Shown: positions 63,001-64,000 of the stretch, in pieces
Layout: the number at the start of each line of letters is the position of its first letter
Numbering within the stretch: position 1 is the first letter of the stretch
DNA from: Raillietiella orientalis
Lineage: Eukaryota
Assembly: GCA_036172245.1 (NCBI GenBank)
Contig: JAYWIR010000022.1
Coordinates: forward strand, 1,984,001 to 2,048,000
Length of the DNA: 64,000 nt
Reading direction: 5' to 3'
Notes under the pieces: generated by a model
The model's input: only the letters and a program-made list of their open reading frames with translations
What the model was told of the DNA's origin: nothing
Databases searched by the model: none
Made by a program: the position numbers and the translations under genes

Positions 63001-63225
63001 CGCCTGGATGGATGCGGTCAGGGAATTCCCGCCCCTCCTCTGCCCTTCCACCTGTCTAACGGGGTAGGCGCGGCGCCTTTGTCAAGCTGGGTCCTTCCCC
63101 ACTTTCCGGATTCCCTCCGTTCCTAACCAACAATCTGTTGCCGTAGGACCGCGGCTGCCGGCAAACTTCGCCAGCTCCTACCTGGACTTGTCGATCGTCT
63201 ACGGCTTCTCGGAAGAGGCAGCCAA
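51054..63225 (+). CDS. Animal haem peroxidase (chorion peroxidase/peroxinectin-like), partial; continues beyond window
   Basis: Phase-consistent GT-AG exons 51054-51144, 54401-54471, 54553-54649, 54693-54887, 54935-55122, 62724-62897, 63147-63225. Motifs CITYDDINNAF, KYRSITGVCNN..PYWGAA, LPHPREIS, GQAIAHD, ECC, C.DMYKSLP, PR..N..SSYLDLSIVYG. An upstream exon ending at 50154 is possible but unproven. Confidence 0.9.
51350..52900 (-). pseudogene. Decayed C2orf42-like units in peroxidase intron
   Basis: NPFSVIHL, MPDGPQPPTF (FDGKPEPLVF), PGSCLLAEIKVQ (PQSKIGELRIKF), then a new start RERGICGF..SGKKG. Confidence 0.45.
55500..56910 (+). pseudogene. Decayed C2orf42-like unit in peroxidase intron
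   Basis: EPNLFWLKNSTVG, SAAWSLGDL (SKYTWHITNI), YGMLECTFVFHH (IGELRIKFEYGH). Confidence 0.4.
57290..57880 (+). mobile_element. tRNA-derived SINE-like repeat, copy 2
   Basis: Colinear with 13830-14390; degenerate B-box gggttcggatacc at ~57315. Confidence 0.65.
58060..59200 (+). pseudogene. Decayed C2orf42-like C-domain followed by the N-half of the next unit
   Basis: VLPYGTFG..RWHISA (ALPLGTFSKYTWHITN), GDVFP, then DLREERKLCERMC..WHCTEEPTFGLF (DLGKATLRGIRKC..SCKNKTCGTIF). Confidence 0.5.
59300..59810 (-). pseudogene. Ankyrin-repeat gene remnant (3-4 repeats, frameshifted)
   Basis: DALHLATERGSVTIAEKLSKHGAIVN, RPLRLA, GATALQTAPHKGLQKLVQLFLDYKA, DVNAKHEDGATSLHTAA; stops and frameshifts between them. 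Confidence 0.75.
60800..62000 (-). pseudogene. Decayed C2orf42-like C-domain plus N-half of the next unit
   Basis: NSVKRR..FPGSRPIP, VRNIFLTPGIHARM (VKQILDTPEMPLEI), GVVPKEGQVG, then SRCRGPDVF and SWTARRANLPPENAR. Confidence 0.5.
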
Positions 63226-64000
63226 GTGAGTACGGCGCGCTTGGTGTACAGTTGGGTTTTGTCGCGTTCGAAGCTGAGCACCGGGGAAACGCATCGGTTT
63301 CAGCAGGCTGGCGACGGCCTGGTGCTCTCTTCGCCCCCTTGGGGATTGCGGTTTTTTCCTTTCGAGAGGAGCAAAAAGGGAGGCGCTGACGGAGGGAGCG
63401 AGACAAGTTTCGAACTCGGGCCTGGGAGGAAGACACAACGCGCGCGGCGAAGGGGTCTGGGGTGGCTGAGGGGAGGAGGAGGGATCGAACGTTCGGTTGC
63501 AAACCCAAGCCACCACCGTCGAACGCAAAAGCGTTTTTCATCTTACTCCGGGCAGAATTATGCGGCTGAGGTGAAACCGTTTATCCGGGTCTCCAGTCCG
63601 CGACGGTGGGACAAAGAGGAAAATCAAGTCGCTGCCCTCTCGGTAGCTTCCAGCTCACCTCAGCAGCCGGCGTCGCTTACTGAGGGACTGTTGCTCCCCT
63701 TCCTTCCTCCCCCACTTCCCTGAGAAAGACTTCAGTCGTGTATCCTCATCCATATAATGGAGGAAAAAAAAAAAAAGAAAGAAAGGGCTCGTCGCAGTTG
63801 CCCTCGCCTCCGCGAAAGAGGTATTCAAAGATAAGCCCTCAGCAAGTCAGGCTTTGTCGATTTCCCAGCCGGTTTTTCCAGCGCCGCTCTTCGCCATCAG
63901 TGCCGCTGGAATCCAATGAAGCGTGTGCGCCGATAAGGCCACGCTGGATCGGAAGAACTCAATAAACGACTCAAACATTGGCAGAAAAGAACGATCACAT

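Noticed and set aside
1..64000. CRISPR array, operons or other prokaryotic systems
   Set aside because: Spliceosomal genes and animal proteins throughout; no regularly spaced direct repeats.

Overview
This is animal genomic DNA, arthropod-like judging by the synapsin sequence; the species cannot be determined here. The prokaryote-style ORF track is mostly spurious. Three real spliced genes can be reconstructed by hand: (1) the 3' part of the meiotic gene TEX11/Zip4 (+, 1-1722, with 38-48 nt introns); (2) a complete synapsin (-, 9235-26489) that appears to start at a non-AUG codon and lacks the usually nested Timp; (3) part of an animal haem peroxidase of the chorion peroxidase/peroxinectin type (+, 51054 to beyond 63225). 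The main surprise is the 'junk'. When it is translated across frameshifts, most intergenic DNA and every large intron consist of decayed, intronless, head-to-tail ~1-2 kb units resembling C2orf42 (zf-tcix treble-clef plus SWIM-like CxC..CxH plus the C-terminal domain). There are roughly 25 or more units, including one ~17.5 kb minus-strand array of about 12 units facing a plus-strand array head-to-head. This looks like an undescribed multi-unit mobile element. The C2orf42 comparison uses a reference sequence recalled from memory and needs a frameshift-aware search to confirm. Also present: a tRNA-derived SINE-like family, a 451-bp near-identical tract between two otherwise diverged units, an ankyrin-repeat remnant and microsatellites.
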